A stretch of DNA of 64,000 nt, taken from assembly GCA_016188295.1 (NCBI GenBank), contig JACPIA010000009.1, positions 1,509-65,508 on the forward strand. The letters are read 5' to 3'. The stretch comes from Candidatus Vogelbacteria bacterium. Its GTDB lineage: Bacteria; Patescibacteriota; Minisyncoccia; Phycocordibacterales; XYD1-FULL-46-19. Positions 38,941 to 49,161 of the stretch are shown here, one piece after another. Both the position numbers and the translations under genes were made by a program. Positions within the stretch are counted from its first letter, which is position 1. Each line of letters begins with the position of its first letter. The notes beneath the pieces are model-generated. The model had not been told where the DNA came from, made no database searches, and saw only the letters and a list, made by a program, of their open reading frames with translations.

Positions 38941-39789
38941 GTGGAAACTAAACCTAAAATCATCGTAATTGTCGGACCGACCACTACCGGCAAAAGCGCC
39001 TTGGCCATCAAATTGGCCAAGGCTTTAAATAGTGAGATTGTCTCTGCCGACTCACGCCAAGTGTATCAAGGCTTAAATATTGGTAGTGGTAAGGTGACCA
39101 AAAAAGAAATGTCCGGTATCGTCCACCATTTATTGGACATTGCTTCGCCTAAACAACGCTTTACCGTCAGCCGATTTAAACAAGCCGGTAGTAAGGCAAT
39201 TACCCAAATTTTACAGAGTGGTAAAATACCGATCGTTGTGGGCGGCACCGGCTTTTACCTTGACACGTTAGTTAACGGTTTGGTGTTGCCAATAGTTAAA
39301 CCGAATTTAGAGTTGCGTCAATTTTTAAGTAAAAAAACCGTTACTGATTTATACCAACAATTAAAACAACTGGATCCAACTAGAGCGAAGACGATTGACC
39401 AACATAATCCCCAGCGTCTCATCCGGGCAATTGAGATTGCCACCACCTTAGGTAAAGTACCTAAGATCAAAGTGAATCTTAATTATGATCCTCTATTTAT
39501 TGGCCTAGATTATCCGGACGATATTCTAAAACAAAAAATAAATAAGCGTCTCAGAGAGCGCTTAAAACAAGGATTGGTAGCTGAGGTTAAAAAACTCCAC
39601 CAACAAGGTCTGAGTTGGAAACGGCTTGAGGAATTAGGTCTGGAGTATCGTTCGGTAGCCCGTTATCTGCAAGGCAAAATAAATAAGTTAGAATTGGTGA
39701 CTGAATTAGAGTCCGCTATTTGGCATTTTGCTAAGCGCCAACGCACTTGGTTTAAACGAAACAAAGATATTAATTGGCTAATTAGTTAG
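38941..39789 (+). CDS. miaA: tRNA dimethylallyltransferase
   Basis: GPTTTGKS, SADSRQVY, VGGTGFY, AKRQRTWF. Confidence 0.95.
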   Translation: METKPKIIVIVGPTTTGKSALAIKLAKALNSEIVSADSRQVYQGLNIGSGKVTKKEMSGIVHHLLDIASPKQRFTVSRFKQAGSKAITQILQSGKIPIVVGGTGFYLDTLVNGLVLPIVKPNLELRQFLSKKTVTDLYQQLKQLDPTRAKTIDQHNPQRLIRAIEIATTLGKVPKIKVNLNYDPLFIGLDYPDDILKQKINKRLRERLKQGLVAEVKKLHQQGLSWKRLEELGLEYRSVARYLQGKINKLELVTELESAIWHFAKRQRTWFKRNKDINWLIS

Positions 39790-40113
39790 CTTATCGAGTG
39801 AGCCACGCAAATCGCTTTTAGCAATCTCCTGCTCCAACTCTCGTACATGCTTAGCTACTACATCGTCAACAGCTTCTTTTTGCTTTTCTTCCAAATCACG
39901 CCAATATTCCTTTTGATGTGTAATAAATCTCTCTAACTCTAACGCTAAATTACCAATCAATTGGTGTTCATTAGTTAAAGCGGTTAGCAAGTGATCAAGA
40001 GTACGCTCCGACATCTCGGCTAAATTATCTAAGATAGCCACCTTAAGCCCTTCAGTTAAAGGCGATACTGCTAATAGTTCCCCAATTTTTTCTGCTTTTT
40101 GTTCGATAGTCAT
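39778..40113 (-). CDS. Hypothetical helical protein
   Basis: 111-aa ORF directly downstream of the 40123 gene on the same strand. Confidence 0.6.
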   Translation of the reverse strand: MTIEQKAEKIGELLAVSPLTEGLKVAILDNLAEMSERTLDHLLTALTNEHQLIGNLALELERFITHQKEYWRDLEEKQKEAVDDVVAKHVRELEQEIAKSDLRGSLDKLTN

Positions 40114-40122
40114 AATTTTATT

Positions 40123-41814
40123 TTACATTGTCTCCCAGCCATATTTGACAACATTTTTAACTGCTTTTTTAGTTGTCCAAATACCAGCTTTAATCGCTAC
40201 CTTTTTAAGGGAAATAACTGTCCCGGGCGATAATTGTCGATCTGAGATTTTACCACTGATACCCCACTCTTTAACCCCGATACCATTCTCTTTAGCCGCT
40301 TCTTTAGCTGCTTCTAAAATTTGAGCATCGGTTGGATTGTTCACCCCATGATGAACTAAATAATTTTTAGTGATATTCCAGAGATTGCCATCTGTTAGTA
40401 AGACTTCTTCCTCGATCGATAATTCGGGCAACGATAAAGATTCTGGATCGGCGCGCTTACCGCCCAAAAAGTTACTGACCCAATCTTTGACTTTACCACC
40501 ACTGGGAATATTAGAACTATCAGAAATCGCCGGAACTTCACTGGTACCAACCGCCTGCTTTATGACATGTTTAGCCCCTTGACCAATTGCTGTCTTAACT
40601 TGTCTACCGCCCCACCAAGCGCCAACCTTAACACTACCGACATAAGTTACCACACCGATGGCCACACTGGCCAAAGCGGCCTCAATGCCCGCCGCGACAT
40701 AACGCTTATACCACTCCTGATCTAAATTTTTACGGAAAAGTTGTTGGTGATTGATTAAATCACGAGTCATCTGACTGTGTCGTAAACTCTTAATCGAACC
40801 TCTGATTTCATCCTCGATTTGAATCAAACGTTCAGGCGTCAAAATCAACTGGCCACGAAAATTGGTCTTGCCTAAGAATTTAGTCTGAACTTCATTTAAC
40901 GATTGAGATACAATCCGGTCTTCAAACGCCTGATTAGTTTGAATCTTTTCGCTCGAGACTAATTGCGATGTCGCTTCGTATTGGTCGGCAGTAATGAAAT
41001 CACCTTCGTTCAAAGTTTTTAGAATACTATTCATTCGCTCGGCTTCGTGCTGGGCCTCATCATGGGATAATCGTCCCGATTCTTGGCGAATAGAGGCAGA
41101 TTGATTACTAAGATCCTGAGCCAACTCGCTCGTCTTAGTCCTAAAACCTTCAGCCTGATGCACCTCCCAAAAACCAAAAGTGCTTAAGCCCTTGATCCGC
41201 TCCCGAGCAAAACGCCAAGCATTAACCGCTTTCTCGGTAATGAGGATTTTGCCTAAATCTACACCAGCCTCCTTAAAACGTCGCCAAGCTAATTGTTGGG
41301 CTGTTTCGCCAGCAAGTTTAGGGGGTTTCGATTCGTCTTCCGGCGTCCAGCCAAGTTCTAACCCAGTTTCATTGTCTTTCGCTTCCTCACTTATTGATAA
41401 TTCACTATCTCCAGACTCGTCTTCTAATCTAGGACCTAAGATTAGACCGCTATCCTCCGCCTCGTCTGATATCGATTCCGCGACCGATTCTCCGGTTGGC
41501 AAATTCTCCGGTGGTGGACTTTGTCTAGCCATCTCAGCCAATTGTTGTTGCCAAGCTAATTCTTCTGCTTTTGCTTTTTCTCCTGCTTCTGCTTTCGCTT
41601 TCGCTAATTTTCTTTGTTGGGCCTGCTCTTTTTGAGTTAATACTTCGGTCTCACGATAAATTAGACCTGCCTTATTTTTAGAACTACCAGTAAAACCAAA
41701 TCTTCTAGCCTTATCTTGGTCACCTTGATCAAATCGAGGTGGTCCAGCTTTTGTTTTTCCCACAAACCTTGATTTTGGTTTTGGTCCTAACCTTGGCTTT
41801 TCAAACTTACGCAT
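40123..41814 (-). CDS. Large hypothetical protein with C-terminal LysM-like domain (start moved to 41814)
   Basis: The longer ORF-track start runs through tRNA-Trp; TATAAT precedes MRKF; DGNLWNITK..LSPGTVI. Confidence 0.6.
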   Translation of the reverse strand: MRKFEKPRLGPKPKSRFVGKTKAGPPRFDQGDQDKARRFGFTGSSKNKAGLIYRETEVLTQKEQAQQRKLAKAKAEAGEKAKAEELAWQQQLAEMARQSPPPENLPTGESVAESISDEAEDSGLILGPRLEDESGDSELSISEEAKDNETGLELGWTPEDESKPPKLAGETAQQLAWRRFKEAGVDLGKILITEKAVNAWRFARERIKGLSTFGFWEVHQAEGFRTKTSELAQDLSNQSASIRQESGRLSHDEAQHEAERMNSILKTLNEGDFITADQYEATSQLVSSEKIQTNQAFEDRIVSQSLNEVQTKFLGKTNFRGQLILTPERLIQIEDEIRGSIKSLRHSQMTRDLINHQQLFRKNLDQEWYKRYVAAGIEAALASVAIGVVTYVGSVKVGAWWGGRQVKTAIGQGAKHVIKQAVGTSEVPAISDSSNIPSGGKVKDWVSNFLGGKRADPESLSLPELSIEEEVLLTDGNLWNITKNYLVHHGVNNPTDAQILEAAKEAAKENGIGVKEWGISGKISDRQLSPGTVISLKKVAIKAGIWTTKKAVKNVVKYGWETM

Positions 41815-41846
41815 ATTTTTGCTTTTTATTATACCACAATAATAAG

Positions 41847-41918
41847 CGGGCCCACCCCGACTCGAACGGGGAACGACGGTTTTGGAGACCGCTGTTTTAC
41901 CATTGAAACTATGGACCC
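41847..41918 (-). tRNA. tRNA-Trp(CCA)
   Basis: GGGTCCA/TGGGCCC acceptor stem; CGGT-CTCCAAA-ACCG anticodon arm. Confidence 0.93.
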
Positions 41919-41938
41919 AGACAAAGTTAGTATGACAC

Positions 41939-41968
41939 AAAAATAGGCTGTCCTCCAGCCTATTTTTT
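41939..41968 (-). terminator. Hairpin after rpmG
   Basis: aaaaataggctg-tcctc-cagcctatttttt. Confidence 0.65.
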
Positions 41969-42118
41969 CGACTCATTATGGGTAGTTTGCTTGCGACACC
42001 ATCTGCAGTATTTTTTAAGCTCGATTTTACGCTCCACCCCTTTGCGATTTTTACGGCTCCAGTAATTGGTCCGCTTACAGGTTTTGCAGACTAGCTTGAT
42101 TAGATTATCTTGCGACAT
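41960..42118 (-). CDS. rpmG: 50S ribosomal protein L33, zinc-ribbon form (not in the ORF track)
   Basis: MSQDNLIKLVCKTCKRTNYWSRKNRKGVERKIELKKYCRWCRKQTTHNESKK. Confidence 0.93.
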   Translation of the reverse strand: MSQDNLIKLVCKTCKRTNYWSRKNRKGVERKIELKKYCRWCRKQTTHNESKK

Positions 42119-42184
42119 ATATAGTTATTTATTAGATACTCGACTACTATACCTTATCACTTCTAAAAAAACAATATTCAAAAT

Positions 42185-42222
42185 AAAAAGTCCCGACCAC
42201 CTCAACTTTAGGCGACCGGGAC
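42185..42222 (-). terminator. Rho-independent terminator
   Basis: Minus strand gtcccggtcgcct-aaagttg-aggtggtcgggac-ttttt. Confidence 0.65.
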
Positions 42223-42238
42223 CAAGATTAACTAAAAA

Positions 42239-43276
42239 TTAATAGCGACTAGCCCAGAGATTAAATTCCTGAAGCTCGTCACCTAAGACAGTGATAACCA
42301 CTTTGTCGTGGCCGGCTGGCAAGGAAACCCAACTTTGCCCCGACGAGACATTGGTCGCAACAAGCGGCCCATCACCTGTCTCGGTCCATAACCGAATCTC
42401 TAATTGCAGATATGGCTCGGTTGAGAGGAATAAATTTCTCCCCCCTAGTCGAGCCCAATAGACCTTAGCTGGCAATAGGACGCCATTCCGTTCCACCATT
42501 CCGGTGACTTCCTGATGATAGTAAGAAACATTATCAGTAGTTGGTTCAGGAAACAAATCACTGACTTGACCAACTAAAGATATACTGATCAGTGACTCTG
42601 TGGCTGGCGCAGGATTAGTGATCATGCCCACTTGGTACCGTTCGCCAGTACGAGCATTACTGATCTCATACCGTTGGTTTGGCGTCAATGGATCATACCA
42701 GACATCAAAACCGTGTTGGTAGTCATCATAGAAGTAAGTCCCGCCATTAAAACGGAGCACTATTTCGGACCCAGACACATCAACAGGTGGCTCGTAAGCC
42801 ACAAATTGATTTTGCCATGCAGGCTGTAACTGAATGATCAACGGATCGCCCGGTGCCAGTACTTCTACCTCTGGCATCTGGCCGTAGGCGACGAAATCCC
42901 AACCTTTATCATAAGCATAGAGATTGAGATTAAACTTAGTGGCTATCCCCAGACTATTGGTCGGCAGACCCGATAACGGCTCGTCTTTAAGATCAACCAC
43001 GATAACCGGCGGTTGCTTATCGACTGTCACCTCAAGGTAAGACACTTCGAGATTGTTGTTGAGTTGGAAGTAGCCGTGAACATATTGCCTGTTTCCGTTG
43101 TCGAACAATCGGCCGAAAGAAAAATCACCGGCATATTGAGTGATAACGCCATGCGTCAGAAAGGCGTTAGCCGCTCGCTCACTGTTAACCATAGATACCG
43201 ACTCTTGAGTAGATGCTTGAGCCGAAATGATCAACATCATTACCATCGTTACCATCATTTTCAATAGCTTCATCAC
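42239..43276 (-). CDS. Secreted beta-rich hypothetical protein
   Basis: Signal peptide ending in AQA; AGGAG Shine-Dalgarno. Confidence 0.65.
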   Translation of the reverse strand: MMKLLKMMVTMVMMLIISAQASTQESVSMVNSERAANAFLTHGVITQYAGDFSFGRLFDNGNRQYVHGYFQLNNNLEVSYLEVTVDKQPPVIVVDLKDEPLSGLPTNSLGIATKFNLNLYAYDKGWDFVAYGQMPEVEVLAPGDPLIIQLQPAWQNQFVAYEPPVDVSGSEIVLRFNGGTYFYDDYQHGFDVWYDPLTPNQRYEISNARTGERYQVGMITNPAPATESLISISLVGQVSDLFPEPTTDNVSYYHQEVTGMVERNGVLLPAKVYWARLGGRNLFLSTEPYLQLEIRLWTETGDGPLVATNVSSGQSWVSLPAGHDKVVITVLGDELQEFNLWASRY

Positions 43277-43479
43277 TATTCTCCTGTGGTCACCAAACGA
43301 TGAGTCGTGGTAAGGCTAAAACCAACAGCCGCCAATTTACTGACCCGTTCTGGCACGACTGGCGCCGGAACGGTTAAAACATTGATCGTCGCGGTCGGTG
43401 TCAAATCGGGCTGAAAAAATCGGCCCCAAACAAATACCATCAAAAACATCGTTAAACCACCAACCAGCCACCATTTCAT
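43276..43479 (-). CDS. Small membrane protein
   Basis: AAGGAG Shine-Dalgarno; N-terminal TM; coupled to the next gene. Confidence 0.55.
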   Translation of the reverse strand: MKWWLVGGLTMFLMVFVWGRFFQPDLTPTATINVLTVPAPVVPERVSKLAAVGFSLTTTHRLVTTGE

Positions 43480-43552
43480 AATTTCATTCTCCTTAATTTA
43501 CAAGGCACTAACTGAAAATAGGCCCCATGACCTATTAACCGTACTGTCTTAG

Positions 43553-43581
43553 AGTATAGCAAATAGTTGACGATATGTCAA
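43553..43581 (-). promoter_or_regulatory. Near-consensus sigma70 promoter
   Basis: TTGACA-N17-TATACT with a TG extension. Confidence 0.7.
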
Positions 43582-43592
43582 GGTATAAGGTG

Positions 43593-43643
43593 CTACATTA
43601 CCAGCTTCGGAGGCCGGCGTTCTATCCATTGAACTACAAGAGC
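43593..43643 (-). pseudogene. Truncated tRNA-Arg(CCG), 5' 51 nt only
   Basis: GCTCTTGTAGTTCAATGGATAGAACGCCGGC-CTCCGAA-GCTGGTAATGTAG; no T-loop or 3' acceptor strand follows. Confidence 0.8.
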
Positions 43644-43700
43644 AAATTAAACACGTCCTTGATCATCTTGACCAGGGACGTGCGTTATAGCATTAAATCT

Positions 43701-44369
43701 CTATGCGACTAGACGGCCAAAACAAAGCCCAGAGGCTTGTCGTTGCCTTGCTTTACAAAAAGCTTGTCGGGCCGGCTCATTAAGATGACTTAACTTCTCC
43801 GGCAAAGGATGGTCATATGGACCGCAGAATTCCGTACGAGAGTTCCAATACACTCGATTAGCCTCAATTACCAAATAATGTTGCGTAATAGCGATATTTG
43901 ATCGTGAGGTGATTGCTGATCGTCTAGCACCAAGTCGAGGAGCAATCGCTACTCGGACATACGGAACTCTGGCATTGAGATAAAAATGTCCGCTGATCGG
44001 CAACTCCTCGATATCAACTGACGGGATCAGGGGTTTAGACAAGGCATCCAATGGGTGACCAGTGGTGTCACAAACTACCACCGCCTCACCTAACATAAAT
44101 TGTCCACCGCCATATTCCATCTCCCAAACAAAAAAATCGACCTCATGACGAATGATTGGCGGGATGTTAAAAATACACCCACCGCTACTAGGTTTTAACA
44201 ACACCACGGCAAATCTTTTTCCGGCTCCAACCGAATAACCTCCCGCTATTAAAGCTCCGATGATTGATTTTTTTTTGGGAAATCTGGCTAGTACCACTGT
44301 CCGACCCTCCAGCTTAAAGACCAAAATTAACCAACTTCTATCATAACACCAGACTAATTGATTCCACAA
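43701..44369 (-). CDS. Hypothetical protein
   Basis: 222-aa ORF downstream of tRNA-Tyr, followed by a hairpin at about 43652-43682. Confidence 0.5.
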   Translation of the reverse strand: MWNQLVWCYDRSWLILVFKLEGRTVVLARFPKKKSIIGALIAGGYSVGAGKRFAVVLLKPSSGGCIFNIPPIIRHEVDFFVWEMEYGGGQFMLGEAVVVCDTTGHPLDALSKPLIPSVDIEELPISGHFYLNARVPYVRVAIAPRLGARRSAITSRSNIAITQHYLVIEANRVYWNSRTEFCGPYDHPLPEKLSHLNEPARQAFCKARQRQASGLCFGRLVA

Positions 44370-44411
44370 GGGATTTGATTGTGCCTACCCTATCAAGTTC
44401 GATTTCCTTAC

Positions 44412-44497
44412 TGGTGCGCCGGGTTGGATTCGAACCAACGTAGCCCGAAGGCGACAGATTTACAGTCTGTTGTAATTGACCACTCTACCACCGACGC
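44412..44497 (-). tRNA. tRNA-Tyr(GTA)
   Basis: ACAGA-CTGTAAA-TCTGT anticodon arm, long variable arm, encoded CCA. Confidence 0.95.
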
Positions 44498-44507
44498 ATG
44501 TCCACGA

Positions 44508-47183
44508 TTATGCCACAGCGTGCGTGGTTTTGCCACGACGCTTAGGTTTAAAGCTTTTTTGGAGCTCTAGGTGAGGTACGCCATCTTTAATCGTCACCAA
44601 CACTTCCCCACCCCCTTCTACCTTGCGGGCAATAATAAACTCGGCAATCGGATTAAGTAGTTTGGTCTGAATTAGACGTTTAAGCGGCCGAGCGCCATAC
44701 TCCGGCGTATAGCCCTCGCGAGTCAAGTAAGGTAACACCTCTGGTGCAATTTTAAGCGCGATCCCTTTTTTAACCAAACGTTCACCAACCAGTGACAACT
44801 GGAGCGAAACAATCTCTTGAATTATCTCTGATGATAACGGATTAAAAATAATGATGTCATCTAAACGATTTAAGAACTCGGGACGGAAATAATTTTTAAG
44901 TGAATCACTGATCCGCTCTTTAACTTCGTCAAAGTTGGTCGTCTTTTCATCACCGACTCCAAAGCCCATTTTTTGGAATTTGGTAATAAATTCACTGCCA
45001 ATATTGGAGGTCAAGATAATAATCGTATTTTTAAAGTTAACCACTCGACCCTTAGAGTCGGTTAAACGCCCATTATCTAGCACTTGTAAGAGCAAGTTAA
45101 AAATCTCAGGATGGGCCTTCTCGATCTCGTCGAACAAGAGCACCGAGTATGGCCGATGTCTCACTAACTCCGTAAGTGAACCGCCCTCCTCATAGCCCAC
45201 ATAACCCGGCGGAGAGCCGATTAATTTAGACACCGAATGGCGTTCCATATACTCGGACATATCCACCCGGATGAGTGACTTTTCATCATTAAAAATAAAT
45301 TGAGCTAAAGTTTTAGCCAACTCTGTTTTACCAACTCCGGTAGGGCCGAGAAAAATAAATGAGCCAATTGGTCGATTAGGATCGGCAATCCCGGCGCGCG
45401 AGCGGCGTACAGCATCACTGATTTTTTTAATCGCCTCATCTTGGCCGCGGACCCTCTGATGCAACTCACTTTCTAGTACCAACAATTTTTTAGACTCCTC
45501 CTCTAGCATTTTAGTCACCGGGATACCGGTCCAGCGCGCCACCACTTTAGCGATCTCTTCATCCGTTACCTCCTCTTTTAAAATTTTGCGGGCACTTTGC
45601 AACTTTTTAAGCCTAGCGTCTTTAGCCCGCAACTGCTTTTCTAAATCAGGAATCCGACCATAACGGATCTCGGCCGCTCGCGAAAGATCAGCTTTAGCCT
45701 CCGCTTGAGTCGCCTCTAAACGAGCAATCTCTAAGCCAGCTTTGACTGCTCGGATCTCGGTAATAATCTGTTTTTCATTCTTCCATTTGAGCTCTAGCTC
45801 ACTGGTCTTCTCTTTCAAATCACCAATTTCTTTTTCGATTTTTTTAATTCTAGACTTACTACTTTTATCGTCATTTAAATCAACTTCTTTTTTAAGGGCT
45901 TCCCGCTCCACCTCTAAGCGCATAATTTTACGCTCGGATTCCTCAAGCAGACTCGGTTTATTCTCTAATTGTAGACGGAGCGCCGAGGCGGCTTCATCAA
46001 TCAGATCAATCGCTTTGTCCGGCAAGAAGCGATCGGTAATGTAACGGCTCGAGAGGTTAACCGCCGCAATAATCGCATCATCAGTAATATGTACCCCATG
46101 ATGAAGTTCATATTTTTCTTTTAAGCCGCGCAAAATAGTGACGGCATCATCTACTGTCGGCTCCTCCACAATTACTGGCTGAAAGCGTCGCGTTAACGCC
46201 TGATCACGCTCGATGTATTTTTGATACTCTTTAATAGTAGTGGCACCAATGGCCCGCAAAGTGCCTCGCGCCAAAGCTGGCTTAAGCATATTAGAGGCAT
46301 CAATCGCTCCCTCGGCTGCCCCAGCTCCCACAATAGTGTGGAGTTCATCGATAAATAAAATTACTTTATCCTCCGATTTTTCAATCTCCTTCATAATATT
46401 TTTGAGCCGTTCCTCAAACTCACCACGATACTTGGTGCCAGCCAACAACATCCCCAAATCAAGTGAGACTAATTCTTTATCTCGAAGCGATTCAGGCACA
46501 TCACCCTTAGCAATGCGAATAGCAAGCCCCTCAACTATGGCCGTTTTACCAGTACCAGCCTCACCAATTAACACTGGATTATTCTTAGTCCGGCGCGATA
46601 AAATTTCCATCACTCGACGAATTTCATTCTCGCGACCAATTACCGGATCAAGCTTATCATTTCGCGCCAAAGTAGTTAAACTGCGAGTATATTTTTCTAA
46701 AGCTCTAAATTTAGGTGAGTCATCAATAGTACCTTGACCGGAACGGAGATCCTCCAACACTCGCAAGACATTAGTTTGATCAACTCGAAAACGAGTCAAG
46801 ATCTCCTTAGCGCCACTTGGTGTATCGAGTAAAGCCAACAATAAATGCTCGGTCGAAACAAACTCGTCCGCTAAATTGCCGGCCATTTTAGCGGAGCTAT
46901 CAAAAATTTTGACTAACTCGGGGGTTAAATAAATTTGGTACGACGGCGCCACCACTTGACCACTATCACCACTATCAATGTGCTCCAGTAAATGATCAGT
47001 CAGCATTGTCGTGTCAATCTCTAGTCTATCTAAAATAGAAATAACCATACTCTCTTCTTGTAAGAGCAGAGCGGCCAAAAGATGTAGCGGATTAACCTGA
47101 TTTTGGCCACGTTCTAGCGCCAACTCATGAGCTTTGCGGATGGCCTCACGGGCCTTCGTGGTGAAGTTTTGAAAAGGTAACAT
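44508..47183 (-). CDS. clpB: Chaperone ClpB
   Basis: Two AAA+ modules ([16 protein letters not shown]) and a middle coiled-coil domain. Confidence 0.93.
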   Translation of the reverse strand: MLPFQNFTTKAREAIRKAHELALERGQNQVNPLHLLAALLLQEESMVISILDRLEIDTTMLTDHLLEHIDSGDSGQVVAPSYQIYLTPELVKIFDSSAKMAGNLADEFVSTEHLLLALLDTPSGAKEILTRFRVDQTNVLRVLEDLRSGQGTIDDSPKFRALEKYTRSLTTLARNDKLDPVIGRENEIRRVMEILSRRTKNNPVLIGEAGTGKTAIVEGLAIRIAKGDVPESLRDKELVSLDLGMLLAGTKYRGEFEERLKNIMKEIEKSEDKVILFIDELHTIVGAGAAEGAIDASNMLKPALARGTLRAIGATTIKEYQKYIERDQALTRRFQPVIVEEPTVDDAVTILRGLKEKYELHHGVHITDDAIIAAVNLSSRYITDRFLPDKAIDLIDEAASALRLQLENKPSLLEESERKIMRLEVEREALKKEVDLNDDKSSKSRIKKIEKEIGDLKEKTSELELKWKNEKQIITEIRAVKAGLEIARLEATQAEAKADLSRAAEIRYGRIPDLEKQLRAKDARLKKLQSARKILKEEVTDEEIAKVVARWTGIPVTKMLEEESKKLLVLESELHQRVRGQDEAIKKISDAVRRSRAGIADPNRPIGSFIFLGPTGVGKTELAKTLAQFIFNDEKSLIRVDMSEYMERHSVSKLIGSPPGYVGYEEGGSLTELVRHRPYSVLLFDEIEKAHPEIFNLLLQVLDNGRLTDSKGRVVNFKNTIIILTSNIGSEFITKFQKMGFGVGDEKTTNFDEVKERISDSLKNYFRPEFLNRLDDIIIFNPLSSEIIQEIVSLQLSLVGERLVKKGIALKIAPEVLPYLTREGYTPEYGARPLKRLIQTKLLNPIAEFIIARKVEGGGEVLVTIKDGVPHLELQKSFKPKRRGKTTHAVA

Positions 47184-47203
47184 ACTCTATTATTTTACAA
47201 CTT

Positions 47204-47995
47204 TTATTTTACAGAGTCAATTAGGATATTGAGATATTTGCCCGGGATAGCAGTACCGGTACCAGAGACCATCCCTACAATCTCACCTTTAAGATTAAGG
47301 AGTGGGCCACCAATAGTTTGAGTGGTGGCCGCGGTCGTTAACAATGAAGTTAAACTAGTGCTTGCCACCCCACTAGTAACGCCAGTAATATTACCGATAG
47401 CAACAATCGGATCCGTCGCCGCGGCCCCTAGGGCTACTACCATTTGACCGATAGTAGTATCTGCCCCCGAAACTGTAGGCCAAGTAGAGATATCACCCTT
47501 AACGGTGATCGGTTTGTCTAAACGGAGCACCACTAGACCGGTTTTAGTATCAACATTAACTAAAGTAGCACTAGTTGAGGAGCCTAATGAGGATGAAACT
47601 TCGTAATGGAAACCCCGATTAGGAACTACTAAATTGGTAGTAATCACTAAATTGTTTTTATTAAGAAACAGAAAGCCCGTGCCTTGTTTATTTTCATCTC
47701 GACTATAAGTAGACTTGGCCTCAATATGAACTACGCCACCCGAAGCTTGGTTGATCGCTTTGATCAGCAAATCCTCACCAGTTACTATTAATGGCACCTC
47801 TTTAACCGTTCCAACCGCCGCCGGGGCTTGGACTACCTTTTCGACTGTGCGCTCGATTACTTGATTGATGGTCTGAGTAACCCCCTGCGGACTTTGGTCC
47901 ATCAGCGACACAGTAACGATCCCAGTCGCAATTGAAGTGATAAAACTGACTAACAAAGCCAGCATGATAATTTGATTTTTATTAAGCTCTTCCAT
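47204..47995 (-). CDS. Membrane-anchored trypsin/HtrA-like protein with degenerate catalytic site
   Basis: GTGF, GGPLLNLKGEIVGM; GNSGG is replaced by TIGG. Confidence 0.65.
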   Translation of the reverse strand: MEELNKNQIIMLALLVSFITSIATGIVTVSLMDQSPQGVTQTINQVIERTVEKVVQAPAAVGTVKEVPLIVTGEDLLIKAINQASGGVVHIEAKSTYSRDENKQGTGFLFLNKNNLVITTNLVVPNRGFHYEVSSSLGSSTSATLVNVDTKTGLVVLRLDKPITVKGDISTWPTVSGADTTIGQMVVALGAAATDPIVAIGNITGVTSGVASTSLTSLLTTAATTQTIGGPLLNLKGEIVGMVSGTGTAIPGKYLNILIDSVK

Positions 47996-48051
47996 GTCAC
48001 CTTACTATACTTTATTTATTCGGATTTTGTCCACTAAAGCCAATTTGGTAT

Positions 48052-49131
48052 TTATAATTTAGGCTGTTGGCGCAGTTTAGTCACGACAAGAGCAGACACC
48101 CGCGCCACTCGATCAATATCACTGGTACTCGTCTTAGTATCTAAAGTAATCCTAACCGTACTCTCGGCCTGCTCTCGATCTCCACCTAAAGCCAGTATAA
48201 CATGGCCCTCGAAGTGGCCGTGATTATTACAAGCACTGCCGGTGGAGATGGCGATCCCTTTTTGATCAAGCTCCACCACTAATTGCTCGCCTGAAACACC
48301 GGCTACCGACACATTAATATTATGCGGTAAGCGTTTAACCAGATCGCCATTTACCATGACTCCCGGAATGGCAATCAATGATTTAATTAATTTATCGCGT
48401 AATAATGTTAATTTTTTAGTCTCGATCTCGCGTTTGCTATTCCATTTGACTAAAGCCTCTACGCCGGCAACAATAGCCGAAACATTCTCGGTCCCCGAGC
48501 GTAAACCAAACTCTTGACCACCGCCAAGCAACAAGGGTTTAAGTGGCGTACCGTGGCGGACATATAAAACTCCCACCCCAGCCGGTCCACCAACCTTATG
48601 AGTGTTTAAAGTCATTAAATCAACGCCCAGATCATTTACTTTTAAATTTAAAAAGCGGCTCGCTTGACAAGCATCAGTGTGAAAATACGGCGTGCTAATT
48701 TTATATTTATTTCTATGCGCTTTAATAATTTTACTAATTTCTTTAAGCGGTTGAATGGTGCCCAACTCATTACTGGCGTAAATTACCGACACTAATTTAG
48801 TCTCGCGAGTTAATAACTTTTTAAATTGTTCTAAATCCAGCAAACCTTTTTTAGTGACCGGCACTATTACAGCCTGTCGCGCTAAACCGGGCTCACGGAT
48901 AGAAGCATGTTCAATCGCACTGATCAAAATACCGCCAGTAAAGCTATTGATTACTGTATTATTGCTCTCGGTGCCACCGCTGGTAAAAATAACCTCATCG
49001 GATTTAACACTAAGCAAGCGAGCCACTTGAGTACGCGCTTTATTTAAAGCCATGCGCGCCATCCCCCCTTCCTGATGAATACTCGAGGGGTTAGACGCAC
49101 CAGCGGCGATATCCAGATATAGACGCTTCAT
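48052..49131 (-). CDS. iscS: Cysteine desulfurase
   Basis: NPSSIH, FTSGGTESNN, HTDACQ, HKVGGP, RSGTEN, STGSAC. Confidence 0.9.
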   Translation of the reverse strand: MKRLYLDIAAGASNPSSIHQEGGMARMALNKARTQVARLLSVKSDEVIFTSGGTESNNTVINSFTGGILISAIEHASIREPGLARQAVIVPVTKKGLLDLEQFKKLLTRETKLVSVIYASNELGTIQPLKEISKIIKAHRNKYKISTPYFHTDACQASRFLNLKVNDLGVDLMTLNTHKVGGPAGVGVLYVRHGTPLKPLLLGGGQEFGLRSGTENVSAIVAGVEALVKWNSKREIETKKLTLLRDKLIKSLIAIPGVMVNGDLVKRLPHNINVSVAGVSGEQLVVELDQKGIAISTGSACNNHGHFEGHVILALGGDREQAESTVRITLDTKTSTSDIDRVARVSALVVTKLRQQPKL

Positions 49132-49161
49132 CTTGGGACTTATCATAGTATAATGAGAGAT

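Noticed and set aside
41815-41976. N-terminal extension of the 617-aa ORF
   Set aside because: Runs through tRNA-Trp and the rpmG end; the real start is probably 41814
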